64,000 nucleotides of DNA from Candidatus Doudnabacteria bacterium (GTDB lineage: Bacteria > Patescibacteriota > Doudnabacteria > UBA920 > VMFF01): contig JAQBQP010000002.1 of the NCBI GenBank assembly GCA_028286905.1, forward strand, positions 383,430 through 447,429. Reading direction: 5' to 3'. Of the stretch, positions 22,664 through 31,559 are shown in pieces. The notes below the pieces were generated by a model. The model worked only from the letters and a program-made list of their open reading frames with translations. It did no database searches and was not told the DNA's origin. A program made the position numbers and the translations under genes. Numbering within the stretch: position 1 is the stretch's first letter; each line of letters opens with the position of its first letter.

Positions 22664-23743
22664 CTACTTCCAAACAAAACTCCCAAAAACGTAATTTACT
22701 GCCTGCAAGGTGCTGTTGTTTCGATCTAATGAACCTAAAACGATTGATATAATTTTATTGCCATCTGAATCTTCCGCTTGGACAATCATGTTTCCTAATG
22801 CAACTGGTGTCAGGCCAGTTTTGATTGATTTAATTGAAGAATGGTTTGCTACTAAAGCGTTACTATTTTTTATTGAATATTTATTGCCCTGTTCGCTCTT
22901 GAACGTCAGATTATTTTGCTGCCAAATTTGTTCGTAAGGCAAGGTTTTTAAGGCATAGTTCACAAGTTTTTGAAGATCCGCAGCGGTTGAATAATTATTT
23001 TCAGAATCAAAACCAACCGGATTATCATAATGGGTGTTAGTCATGCCTAATTCCTCTGCCTTGGCATTCATCTTTTTTACAAAATCTGCAGTGTTTCCAA
23101 AATGATTTGCTAAAGTTACGGCGGCATCGTTAGCAGAGCCAACCAACATTGCTTCTACTAAATTTTCGGGCAGAACGCTATCGCCAGTTTTAATATTTAA
23201 AACCGGACTAACGCCAACATGATCTACTGCGGTGATTTCTACCGGTTTTGAAAAATCCGACTGCTCGACAGCAACAACAGCAGCCATCAGCTTTGTTAGT
23301 GAAGCAATCTCTAGTTTTTTATCAATGTTTCTTGAAATCAGCTCTTTTCCGGTTTTTGAATCGTAAACTAATTCGGCTTTAGCATTATCAGAAAGAGCCT
23401 TATCAAAACTTACTTGATAAGGCTCAATATTAGAGTCAGCTGCTGCTGGCTTATTCTCAGAAAACGCGCCTAAAACCGCTGCCGGCTCTGGAGTATTGAC
23501 TGTTTGCGCTTCAATAGTATTTTCTACTGATGGCAAAAAAACTGTAAATACAAAAACTGGAATCAGGACTGAAAAAACTTTTGCTAATTTTTCGGCTTTA
23601 GTATTTTTCTGCAAAGTTTTTTGGAAATTTATTTTGGTTTTAAGATCTGCGCAGATCGTTTTATTTTGCTTTTGTGCTTTAAATATATACCTCCTAAAAT
23701 TCGTTGACAACAAGGAAGATTGTGGATAAAATTCTATTACCAA
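22664..23743 (-). CDS. Serine-type D-Ala-D-Ala carboxypeptidase (PBP5/DacA-like, peptidase S11)
   Basis: 359 aa with a signal anchor, SxxK (SLTKLMAA), SxN-like and KTG (KTGLT) motifs. Confidence 0.8.
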   Translation of the reverse strand: MVIEFYPQSSLLSTNFRRYIFKAQKQNKTICADLKTKINFQKTLQKNTKAEKLAKVFSVLIPVFVFTVFLPSVENTIEAQTVNTPEPAAVLGAFSENKPAAADSNIEPYQVSFDKALSDNAKAELVYDSKTGKELISRNIDKKLEIASLTKLMAAVVAVEQSDFSKPVEITAVDHVGVSPVLNIKTGDSVLPENLVEAMLVGSANDAAVTLANHFGNTADFVKKMNAKAEELGMTNTHYDNPVGFDSENNYSTAADLQKLVNYALKTLPYEQIWQQNNLTFKSEQGNKYSIKNSNALVANHSSIKSIKTGLTPVALGNMIVQAEDSDGNKIISIVLGSLDRNNSTLQAVNYVFGSFVWK

Positions 23744-23764
23744 TTAAATTTGTTAGGAACCAAA

Positions 23765-24076
23765 ATGGATTTGAAAAAAGAAAATTTTGATCAAGAGGTT
23801 TTGCACTCTGAACAGCCAGTAATAGTGGATTTTTGGGCTGAGTGGTGCGTGCCTTGCAAAGCGTTAAGCCCTACTGTTGAAGAAATTGGTACTGAATTCG
23901 CTGGAAAAGCAAAAGTTTTTAAAGTTAATGTTGATGACGAAACAGAACTACAAATGAAATATGGGATTATGAGCATTCCAACTTTGAAATTCTTTAAAAA
24001 TGGCCAAATTGTTGGGGAAATTGTAGGCGCATATCCAAAAGCTACTATTGTTGCGGAACTTAACAAACACCTTTAA
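23765..24076 (+). CDS. trxA: Thioredoxin
   Basis: Thioredoxin fold with active site WAEWCVPCK, a CVPC variant of WCGPC; the most plausible start is the Met at 23765, inside ORF 23720-24076. Confidence 0.9.
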   Translation: MDLKKENFDQEVLHSEQPVIVDFWAEWCVPCKALSPTVEEIGTEFAGKAKVFKVNVDDETELQMKYGIMSIPTLKFFKNGQIVGEIVGAYPKATIVAELNKHL

Positions 24077-24078
24077 AT

Positions 24079-24468
24079 ATGACTAATAAAAAACTACACT
24101 TATCGCACGAACATCGAGTGATTGCTGGAGTATGTGGCGGCTTAGCGGAATATTTTGAAACAGATCCAGTGTTAATTAGGTTAATATTCCTGTTTTTTGC
24201 CTTTGTAGGCGGTGGCGGAATCCTTGTCTATCTTGCGCTCTGGCTAATGTTGGCAAACAAAAACGAATTGCACGATATGGAAAATGAAATTTTAGCTAAA
24301 GGCCATCATGATCATCACGGCTTTGGAATAATGGGTTTCTTTTTCATAATAGTCGGGGCTTTATTCTTGGCAGATAATTTTTTTCCAGGATATGGCATTA
24401 AAACTTTTTGGCCGCTTCTATTAATATTCTTTGGCTTAGCATTGATGCTCCGAAAACATCGAGCATAA
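24079..24468 (+). CDS. PspC-domain membrane protein
   Basis: HRVIAGVCGGLAEYFETDPVLIRLIF is the PspC domain; two transmembrane segments follow. Confidence 0.8.
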   Translation: MTNKKLHLSHEHRVIAGVCGGLAEYFETDPVLIRLIFLFFAFVGGGGILVYLALWLMLANKNELHDMENEILAKGHHDHHGFGIMGFFFIIVGALFLADNFFPGYGIKTFWPLLLIFFGLALMLRKHRA

Positions 24469-24477
24469 TATAAATTA

Positions 24478-24512
24478 AAACGACCCTGCTTTAAAAGCTG
24501 GGTCGTTTTTTA
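24478..24512. terminator. Bidirectional intrinsic terminator between the convergent pspC-like gene and the 24526-25380 gene
   Basis: AAACGACCCTGC-TTTAAAA-GCTGGGTCGTTTTTT, with A and T tracts on both sides. Confidence 0.75.
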
Positions 24513-24525
24513 TTGTCTAAATAAA

Positions 24526-25380
24526 TTATTGGCCGTTTTTGATACCTCTCCAGATATAAGGACTTTCCCAAACACAGTAGTCGTACTGGCTCGCTGCGTA
24601 ATCAGGACAGTTATTTACAACCTTTCCAGCTGTTGTTGTGGATGGCACCATAAGATTAGGGTTGTAACTTGAAGGTACATAGCTCGGAGCACTATAAGTC
24701 GGAGGCGTGTAACCTGGGTATGACGGAGTATAAGCCGGGGTGCTCAAACTTAGATTTTGGCTCGCAGCGGGGTGTTGCGCTCGGGATTGGATGTCCGCAT
24801 CGTATTCCGCTTTTGTTTTATACGGACGGAATATATATGGACTAGTCCATTCGCAATAATAATATTGATTGCCTAAATAATCCGGACAATTGTTGGAAGA
24901 AATCGAAGCACCTAAAACTTGGCCGTTAGAATTAACATTCGACATTCCACCGGAATAATTAGGAGTAGTGCTTGAAGTTGCACCGGTGCCAACCGGAACG
25001 ATATTATAGCTTGAAACAACAGGTTCAGTCGGATGCGAACTAAATGGATCAGCGTTTGATTTTAATATTGGTGAAATTATTGGCGACTGTGCCTGAGCGG
25101 TTCCAGAAACTTTGTGAATTGCAGCGTTTACTCCTTTACCAACAAAATAAAAAACACCAATAGCAATCGCTATGATTAGTACTCCCAACGTTACGCGCCA
25201 AGCCAGAATTGATTTCTTCTGCTGATTATGCGTTTGCGCTGGGCTTTCTATTTTATTGGAACTATAAGGACCGTCTTCCGGGTTCTCCAAGTGTGAAGCG
25301 TTTCCGGTCATAGAATAAACTTCCGTTTCCGAATTTCCGGCTAGATCCTTATCAGTTCTTTTTTCTAAATTTTCTGCCAT
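24526..25380 (-). CDS. Membrane-anchored Ser/Pro/Tyr-rich protein with two copies of a Cys-containing module
   Basis: 284 aa with one transmembrane helix; contains duplicated motifs NNCPDYLGNQYYYCEWTSPYIFR and NNCPDYAASQYDYCVWESPYIWR. Confidence 0.6.
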   Translation of the reverse strand: MAENLEKRTDKDLAGNSETEVYSMTGNASHLENPEDGPYSSNKIESPAQTHNQQKKSILAWRVTLGVLIIAIAIGVFYFVGKGVNAAIHKVSGTAQAQSPIISPILKSNADPFSSHPTEPVVSSYNIVPVGTGATSSTTPNYSGGMSNVNSNGQVLGASISSNNCPDYLGNQYYYCEWTSPYIFRPYKTKAEYDADIQSRAQHPAASQNLSLSTPAYTPSYPGYTPPTYSAPSYVPSSYNPNLMVPSTTTAGKVVNNCPDYAASQYDYCVWESPYIWRGIKNGQ

Positions 25381-25505
25381 GTAAGTATATTAACAACAAA
25401 AATCAAGCAAATATATGGATAAACCATACAAATTAAACTCAAAAGGACGATTATTACTTGGCATTTAAGTAAAATCGTCCCCAATTGTATAGAACTGGAA
25501 TCCTT

Positions 25506-25793
25506 TTATTCCTGGAGCATATGCCCAAATTTGCTCTGCATCAGCTTTTTATACTTCTCATTTACATCAGTTAAAGCTTCTCTAATATCCTGAGCAATCT
25601 TTTTTCGGTCCCCTACTACTCCGTCTAAAACTTCGACGCTTTTAATTTCTTGATTACCATCAATAATCAATTTAATTTGATTATCTTTAGAGTGACCTTC
25701 AATTTGTTCTTGGGCAAGCAGCATTTGCATTTGCTTCGCTTGCTGACGCATTTTGTTTAAGTCTTTGATTTGATCTAGAAAACCCATTTGCAA
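25506..25793 (-). CDS. YbaB/EbfC-family nucleoid-associated protein
   Basis: 95 aa; MQMGFLDQIKDLNKMRQQAKQMQ and the helical dimer pattern fit YbaB. Confidence 0.65.
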   Translation of the reverse strand: MQMGFLDQIKDLNKMRQQAKQMQMLLAQEQIEGHSKDNQIKLIIDGNQEIKSVEVLDGVVGDRKKIAQDIREALTDVNEKYKKLMQSKFGHMLQE

Positions 25794-25812
25794 TCCTTTC
25801 GTCTAAATTATT

Positions 25813-26958
25813 TTATGCAGTTTTTCGATAGTGTCTAAAAAATATGCCTAAGCCTGCAAGTGCTAAAACAATTCCAAACAGAAAACCAATTAAAGGAATT
25901 GTTGTCAGCAGTGCTGCCAGGATTATACCAATGATTACAGTAAGCCAATCAACCCGCATTTCTTTTTTGTCTAGTTTAGAAACTAGCCATGATCCGAAGT
26001 ATGCCGCGCTGGCTAACCAGGCGAACATCAGCATCAAAACGTACATTAACAACAAAGCTACTCCAACATACCAGCCAATTATTGTTACAAAGAAAATTCC
26101 AGCAACGATCGGCACCAGAATTAAAGTAAGTGCACCAATTCCCACATTATGCCAAAATCCATAACCAACTTTACGCACAGCGTTTCTAAAGTGATCTTTG
26201 AAAATCCAAAGCAACAACAATGCTGCTAATAACTCGCCGGCTAATTTAACCAAGAAACCGAAAGTTAGCAAAGTTAGCGCATAATTTCGATGGTTTTCTT
26301 TAATTGTATAATTTACTGCGCCACCAACTTTAGCGTTAGCATCACGCTGGTAGACATATGCCGAAGTGTAATTAACATTCCCTTTTATATTAGCGCTTGA
26401 GCCAAGAACTAAGCCCTTGTTGGTCTTGGCATCAACGTTACCATCTACGGCTCCATTTAAACTAATTGTACCTGCAGTAGCCTTAATATTACCGCGTACT
26501 GCCCCATCAACATATACATTTCCGCCGGCAACCAAAAGATCGCCATAAATTATAGTGTCCGAGCTTACATACACAGTTCCGCCAGCGACAACTAAATCTT
26601 GACCGATTACTTTGCTATCGATATGAATATTTCCGCCGATGATCCGAGCTGAGCCACTAACATCTCCTTTTACATTCACTGTGCCGCCTGCTGCTAAAAG
26701 GTCATCGCCCACTGTTCCATCTATATCCAAATTCGCACCAGCGATAACTAAGTCCTTAGCAGTTTTTGCTTTTACAATTACCTGCGATCCCGCTGTATAC
26801 AAATTTGTTACTGATTCATTTGAACCGATTTCCAATGCAGAATTGTTATTGTTATTAAATCTTAGATCGGCGGCCAAAGTGGTGCCGGCGAAAGCTAAGG
26901 TTAAAGCGCTGGCTAACATAGCGACTGCGACAGCTCTTTTGTTGATTGACTTTAACAT
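25813..26958 (-). CDS. Secreted beta-helical-repeat (bactofilin-like) protein with a C-terminal polytopic membrane domain
   Basis: 381 aa: signal peptide, repeated GG(N/T)V.V.G.V motifs, then about 5 transmembrane helices. Confidence 0.6.
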   Translation of the reverse strand: MLKSINKRAVAVAMLASALTLAFAGTTLAADLRFNNNNNSALEIGSNESVTNLYTAGSQVIVKAKTAKDLVIAGANLDIDGTVGDDLLAAGGTVNVKGDVSGSARIIGGNIHIDSKVIGQDLVVAGGTVYVSSDTIIYGDLLVAGGNVYVDGAVRGNIKATAGTISLNGAVDGNVDAKTNKGLVLGSSANIKGNVNYTSAYVYQRDANAKVGGAVNYTIKENHRNYALTLLTFGFLVKLAGELLAALLLLWIFKDHFRNAVRKVGYGFWHNVGIGALTLILVPIVAGIFFVTIIGWYVGVALLLMYVLMLMFAWLASAAYFGSWLVSKLDKKEMRVDWLTVIIGIILAALLTTIPLIGFLFGIVLALAGLGIFFRHYRKTA

Positions 26959-27026
26959 TTATTTATTCCTTAATAATTCGAGTTTAGATATAAAAATCTT
27001 ATATTTTATTAGCATTTACGTCAAAT

Positions 27027-27055
27027 TTGACATCTTTTTTTCGATCGTGTATAAT
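27027..27055 (+). promoter_or_regulatory. Near-consensus sigma70 promoter (TTGACA-17-TATAAT)
   Basis: TTGACA at 27027-27032, a 17-nt spacer, then TATAAT at 27050-27055, preceded by TG. Confidence 0.5.
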
Positions 27056-27080
27056 ATCTTTATAAGTTAATAAAAGAGCA

Positions 27081-27107
27081 GCGAACGCCGCAAGGCGATT
27101 TTTTTAT
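27081..27107 (+). terminator. Intrinsic terminator about 20-45 nt downstream of the consensus promoter
   Basis: GCGAACGCCGCAAGGCGATTTTTTT: a CGCC/GGCG stem followed by a T7 tract. Confidence 0.5.
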
Positions 27108-27134
27108 GTCTAATTTAGTCGACCCTATTCAATC

Positions 27135-27827
27135 TTAAGAGAAAAGTTCCAGCTTTATTTCTCTAGCTTCTTTGCCTTTTGCCATTAACAAGGCGCGTAC
27201 TTCTTTGACCATCACTGGCGATCCACAAATATAAGGGCGGTGGTCCTTATAAGCTTCGTAGTTTTCTTCGATGAAATTTGTTACCCGTCCTTTAGCGCCG
27301 TTCCAAACTCCTTTTGGTTGCGAGAAAGTTGGGATGAAAAAAAAGTTATGATTTTCTTGAGAAAGTTTTTCAAAAAAATCAAAATAAATTTTATCTTCTT
27401 CGCTGCGCACTCCAAACAATAATGTAATATCCTTCGGATAATTTTTACTTAGCAGCTGCGCAATGATAGATTTGAATGGCGCAATCCCCGCTCCTGTGGC
27501 TATGAACAAAAGGTCGTGGCTTTCATCGTTTACTGTAAACGCTCCGTAAGGTCCTTCAATAGTAAACCGCTCGCCAATATTTAAAGCCAAAATAAATTGA
27601 GAACCAACGCCCATATGTGAGACATCGACGCAGAAACTAAGTTCGTTCGGTCTTTCTGGGACTGATGCGATTGAATACAAACGCTTTTCTTTTTCAGCAA
27701 TTTGAAAACCAACACACTGTCCGGCCTTAAAAACCATGGTGTTGGGTTCAATCAAACGCACTTTTAGATCATAGAGCTTCGACGTCACTTGTTTCCGAGA
27801 TAGGAGCTCAACGCTATATAAGTTCAT
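27135..27827 (-). CDS. FAD/NAD(P)-binding oxidoreductase (ferredoxin-NADP reductase / electron-transfer-subunit family)
   Basis: 230 aa with RxYS-type FAD site (RLYSIAS), GxGxAP NAD site (ATGAGIAPF) and C-terminal CGSPVMV. Confidence 0.75.
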   Translation of the reverse strand: MNLYSVELLSRKQVTSKLYDLKVRLIEPNTMVFKAGQCVGFQIAEKEKRLYSIASVPERPNELSFCVDVSHMGVGSQFILALNIGERFTIEGPYGAFTVNDESHDLLFIATGAGIAPFKSIIAQLLSKNYPKDITLLFGVRSEEDKIYFDFFEKLSQENHNFFFIPTFSQPKGVWNGAKGRVTNFIEENYEAYKDHRPYICGSPVMVKEVRALLMAKGKEAREIKLELFS

Positions 27828-27913
27828 GAAGGTTGATTAATCAGCCCAAACATTATATACTTTTATGGCTTTTCCCACTAGAGACGTATTCTACGCACTC
27901 GACCAACCGATAT

Positions 27914-27988
27914 TGCCCGGTAGCCAAGTGGTAAGGCAGGGGCCTTTGAAGCCTCCATTCGCAGGTTCGATCCCTGCCCGGGCAGCCA
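27914..27988 (+). tRNA. tRNA-Gln (anticodon UUG)
   Basis: Cloverleaf TGCCCGG/CCGGGCA acceptor, anticodon arm GGGGC-CTTTGAA-GCCTC, T-arm GCAGG-TTCGATC-CCTGC, discriminator G, encoded CCA. Confidence 0.85.
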
Positions 27989-28021
27989 GACCAAACACGT
28001 TTCCCCGCTGACCTAGCGGGG
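27983..28021 (+). repeat. att-like direct repeat, copy 1, overlapping the last 6 nt of tRNA-Gln
   Basis: CAGCCAGACCAAACACGTTTCCCCGCTGACCTAGCGGGG; matches 50272-50309 with one indel. Confidence 0.8.
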
Positions 28022-28066
28022 TGAGTAAAAACAGTTAATAATATTTTAATAATGGAAAGTTATAAT

Positions 28067-28099
28067 AAAATCGCTTCATAGGCGATTTTTTGCTAAGAT
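28067..28099 (+). promoter_or_regulatory. Conserved terminator-hairpin / extended -10 module (AAAATCGC-loop-GCGATTTTTTGCTAAGAT) upstream of the methyltransferase gene
   Basis: Same ATCGCC/GGCGAT-T-tract-TGnTA module as at 50320, 53328 and 61523. Confidence 0.5.
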
Positions 28100-28126
28100 A
28101 AAGGGGTATATTAAGACAAAAAATAA

Positions 28127-29173
28127 ATGTCTCAAAAAATAAAAGCAGTAGATTTTTTTTGTTCTGGCGGAGGTATGACTTGTGGCCTAACCCAAGCAGG
28201 AATCGACGTCATTGCAGGAATCGATAATGACGCTACATGCGAAGAAACCTATAGTAAAAATAACCCGAACTCAAAATTCATTTTAGCGGATGTTTTTACA
28301 TTAAAGGAAAAAGAATTAGCTAAAAGATTGGGTCTTAAGAAGAACGATAAAAATTTAGTTCTCATAGGGTGTAGCCCTTGCCAATATTGGTCTATTATCC
28401 AAACAAATAAAACAAAATCCCAAAAATCCAAAAACTTGTTAATGGAATTTAAAAGATTTGTTGACTATTTCAATCCAGGTTATGTCTTAGTCGAAAATGT
28501 TCCTGGAATACTAGCAAAAAAAGAACAAAGCGGTTTAGCTAACTTTATCAAAGATCTTGAATCTAAGGGATATAAAGTTCATTTCGAAATTGTAAACATG
28601 AATGATTACGCTGTCCCTCAATCTCGCAAACGTTTTTCTTTAATCGCCAATAGGGTTTCAAAAAAGGCAATTTTCCCAAAACCCACTAAAGACAAGCGTC
28701 CTACGGTCGCAGATTTTATTGGTCAAAATAATGGATTTAAAAAGGTTAAGGTGGGTTTCAAAGATACAACACCCTTTAACCATAGTGTGGCAGGATTAAC
28801 CAAAAAAAATCTTTTGCGTTTGAGAAAAACGGAGAAAAACGGAGGTTCATGGTTAAGCTGGTCTAATGACAAAGAACTAAAACGAAAACTTTACCGCGGT
28901 AACGGTTTTATAGATAACTATGGTAGAATGTCTTGGGAAAAACCAGCTCCAACTATTACAACAAAATTTTTCAGCATCTCAAATGGCAGATTTGCTCATC
29001 CTGAAGAAGACAGAGCTCTTTCGATACGTGAAGGAGCTACTCTGCAAACCTTTCCTAAAACATATAATTTCTATTCAACTAGCATGACAAGCATCGCGCG
29101 AATGATAGGCAACGCGGTGCCTCCTGAATTTGCAAAAAAACTCGGAAGAACAATAATCGAAAATCATGAATAA
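28127..29173 (+). CDS. DNA (cytosine-5)-methyltransferase
   Basis: 348 aa with m5C methyltransferase motif I FCSGGGMTCGL, motif IV GCSPCQYWS (catalytic PC) and motif VI ENVPGI. Confidence 0.93.
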   Translation: MSQKIKAVDFFCSGGGMTCGLTQAGIDVIAGIDNDATCEETYSKNNPNSKFILADVFTLKEKELAKRLGLKKNDKNLVLIGCSPCQYWSIIQTNKTKSQKSKNLLMEFKRFVDYFNPGYVLVENVPGILAKKEQSGLANFIKDLESKGYKVHFEIVNMNDYAVPQSRKRFSLIANRVSKKAIFPKPTKDKRPTVADFIGQNNGFKKVKVGFKDTTPFNHSVAGLTKKNLLRLRKTEKNGGSWLSWSNDKELKRKLYRGNGFIDNYGRMSWEKPAPTITTKFFSISNGRFAHPEEDRALSIREGATLQTFPKTYNFYSTSMTSIARMIGNAVPPEFAKKLGRTIIENHE

Positions 29174-30851
29174 AACAGAAAAACTTAAGATGACTTTTAC
29201 ACCCAATACCATTGAGCATTTGGGTGTACGGATGTACTCTACGCTACCTCCTGTTATAGCTGAGCTTATCGCTAATGCTCAGGATGCTGACGCTACTGGA
29301 GTTAAAATACACCTGAGCGATACTGCAGATAAAGAAATCGTCATCTCAGACGATGGTCACGGAATGTCGTTTGAAGATATAAATAGCAAATTTTTACGTA
29401 TTGGACGTAATCGCCGCAATGAAGAAGGTGGACAGACCTCACCAGGCGGTAGAAAAGTTATTGGTAAAAAAGGATTGGGTAAACTATCCTTTTTTGGTAT
29501 TGCTCATGAAATAGAGGTCCGCACCACACAAGATCACAAAAGGAACTCCTTTGTTATGCGATGGGAAGACATTCTTTCTGACGATGACCAAAGTAAACAA
29601 AAAGATTACTCTCCAGAGATTTTGGAAAAGGATGTAAAATCTTCCGATAAAGCTGGTACGACTATAATTTTAAGAAAAATAGAACGCGTTAGCGACTTTG
29701 ATGCGAATTCTCTTGCAGACAAGCTATCAAAGTTTTTTATTATAGACCCTGATTTTAATATTTACGTAAAACATAATAATGAGAAAACAATTTTAATAGA
29801 AAACGACCGTAAATATTCCAATCTTACCAAAGAAGTTGAATGGCAAGTACCTGCAGATATTGATTTAGAGTCAGATTACGAAAAACAATCAGAAATTAGA
29901 GGACACCTAATTGCTGCTGAAAAGCCAATTCCTCCTGCAACCAATATGAAAGGCATTACATTATTTTCACGCAAAAAACTAGTAAATAGTCCAGAATACT
30001 TCTCAGACAGTACTTCAAGCCATTTTTTTACGTACTTAACTGGTTGGCTTGAAGTAGATTTTATAGATGATCTTGGGGAAGATGTGATCGGCACCAACCG
30101 TCAATCTCTAAATTGGGAACATCCTGATATGGTGGCATTACGAGAATATTTACAAAAAATGTTACGTTGGCTAGAAACCGACTGGCGTAAAAAAAGAGCA
30201 AAAATAAAAGAAAAGAAATTTGATGAAGGAACAGGTTTAAAAATTGGTGAATGGAGGGAGCATATCCCAAAAAATATAAACGATAATTTGGATCCTATCA
30301 TAAACGCCTTAACACAAGATGCAGAGTTACCCGATAATGAAGCCATCGCGAGCTTGAAAGGTTTGCAAAATATAATTAAACCTTATCCTTATTTTCATTG
30401 GCAAAACCTACATCCCACTCTTCATAACTTAGTCTTTCCTTTTTACAAAAGTGAAGATTATTACAGAGCTGTCTCGGAAGGTGTAATCAAATATGTGAGA
30501 GAAATACAAAAAAAATCTACCAGCGGATTAAATGACTCCGCGTTAATTAAATTTGCCTTTGCCCCTGACCAGCCTCCACCTCCTGCCCCACAAGCTAATC
30601 CCGAATTATCTGTTACCAAAAAGTTTAAAAGACCTAACGGAACCAACTTCGAAAATGATACAATCTCAAACATTCGTAGGGGCCATGGTCTTCTTGCACA
30701 TGCCATGTGGTTAGCTTTTAGAAATCCTATCCACCATGAACTAACTTCTGATTTAAAAGATTCTGGGCTTTATACAGAACAAGATTGTTTAGATGCTTTA
30801 GGACTTCTTTCTCATCTTTTTAGACGTTTGGAAAACTCTGAGCTGACCTAA
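29166..30851 (+). CDS. GHKL (HATPase_c / MORC-like) ATPase with a C-terminal HEPN-like domain
   Basis: 561 aa. Bergerat-fold motifs are ELIANAQDA (N box), DDGHGM (G1) and GKKGLGKLS (G2). The C-terminal roughly 120 aa is all-alpha and carries RGHGLLAH and FRNPIHHE (Rx4-6H) motifs. The ATG at 29166 overlaps the methyltransferase stop (ATGAATAA), so the two genes are translationally coupled. Confidence 0.8.
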   Translation: MNKTEKLKMTFTPNTIEHLGVRMYSTLPPVIAELIANAQDADATGVKIHLSDTADKEIVISDDGHGMSFEDINSKFLRIGRNRRNEEGGQTSPGGRKVIGKKGLGKLSFFGIAHEIEVRTTQDHKRNSFVMRWEDILSDDDQSKQKDYSPEILEKDVKSSDKAGTTIILRKIERVSDFDANSLADKLSKFFIIDPDFNIYVKHNNEKTILIENDRKYSNLTKEVEWQVPADIDLESDYEKQSEIRGHLIAAEKPIPPATNMKGITLFSRKKLVNSPEYFSDSTSSHFFTYLTGWLEVDFIDDLGEDVIGTNRQSLNWEHPDMVALREYLQKMLRWLETDWRKKRAKIKEKKFDEGTGLKIGEWREHIPKNINDNLDPIINALTQDAELPDNEAIASLKGLQNIIKPYPYFHWQNLHPTLHNLVFPFYKSEDYYRAVSEGVIKYVREIQKKSTSGLNDSALIKFAFAPDQPPPPAPQANPELSVTKKFKRPNGTNFENDTISNIRRGHGLLAHAMWLAFRNPIHHELTSDLKDSGLYTEQDCLDALGLLSHLFRRLENSELT

Positions 30852-30862
30852 CCTATTCAAAG

Positions 30863-31513
30863 CTAGCGGGCAAACTCCCCCGCCCAAGTTCCCAAGTAAG
30901 GGCCATGACAGGTCACGCTAAAGTTTAAAGGTTTTTGAAACAAAGGATTAAAAGCAGTGCCGTCGGATTTATAGAAATTTCTTTGGGTGACCACCATTGT
31001 GTCATGCGTATCTTTTGGATTGGATTGCAACTCACTTGGGATATCAATGAAATCTAGATGTGACTTGTAGGAATCATTCAATGTTAAGTCGCAGTTAGCC
31101 CAGTCAAGAGAGTTTAAATTCTTTATAGTAAATACTGGCTGGTCATCAAATTCTGAACCCATAGCTTCCATTGCGGTAGTTCGAAGAACCTTTAGGTTCA
31201 TTATTTCTTGAGGCTGGGTCGTAGCTGAGTTTTCGCTAGGAGTATTTAGGAAATGGTCTTTGAGCATTGCATAAGTCATGAATGCAAAAGTTAGAATGAA
31301 AAATCCTACCAAGATTTTATTTTTTGTTTTACTTAAATCTATTGATTGCACCGGCTTATTCTCAGGCATTTTTTTGAGTCTTTCTGCCAGCGTAGAAACA
31401 CAAAGCCCCACGCTAGCTGGGCCGTGAAGCCCCATACCAGTTTCCCGGTATGGCTCGTAAAAGCGCTGAACGTGGGGTTCAGTATCTTTTACGAGTCTTT
31501 GTGCCATGCTCAT
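30863..31513 (-). CDS. Hypothetical single-pass membrane protein
   Basis: 216 aa: cytoplasmic N-terminus, one transmembrane helix (ILVGFFILTFAFMTYAML) and an extracytoplasmic domain; convergent with the GHKL gene. Confidence 0.5.
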   Translation of the reverse strand: MSMAQRLVKDTEPHVQRFYEPYRETGMGLHGPASVGLCVSTLAERLKKMPENKPVQSIDLSKTKNKILVGFFILTFAFMTYAMLKDHFLNTPSENSATTQPQEIMNLKVLRTTAMEAMGSEFDDQPVFTIKNLNSLDWANCDLTLNDSYKSHLDFIDIPSELQSNPKDTHDTMVVTQRNFYKSDGTAFNPLFQKPLNFSVTCHGPYLGTWAGEFAR

Positions 31514-31559
31514 ATTCCTATAAGTTTAGGCTTATTATTAAGTTGTTAATGTAATTATA

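Noticed and set aside
28127-29173. Cognate restriction endonuclease next to the m5C methyltransferase
   Set aside because: No PD-(D/E)xK, HNH or GIY-YIG nuclease ORF is adjacent; the only partner is the GHKL-HEPN-like protein.
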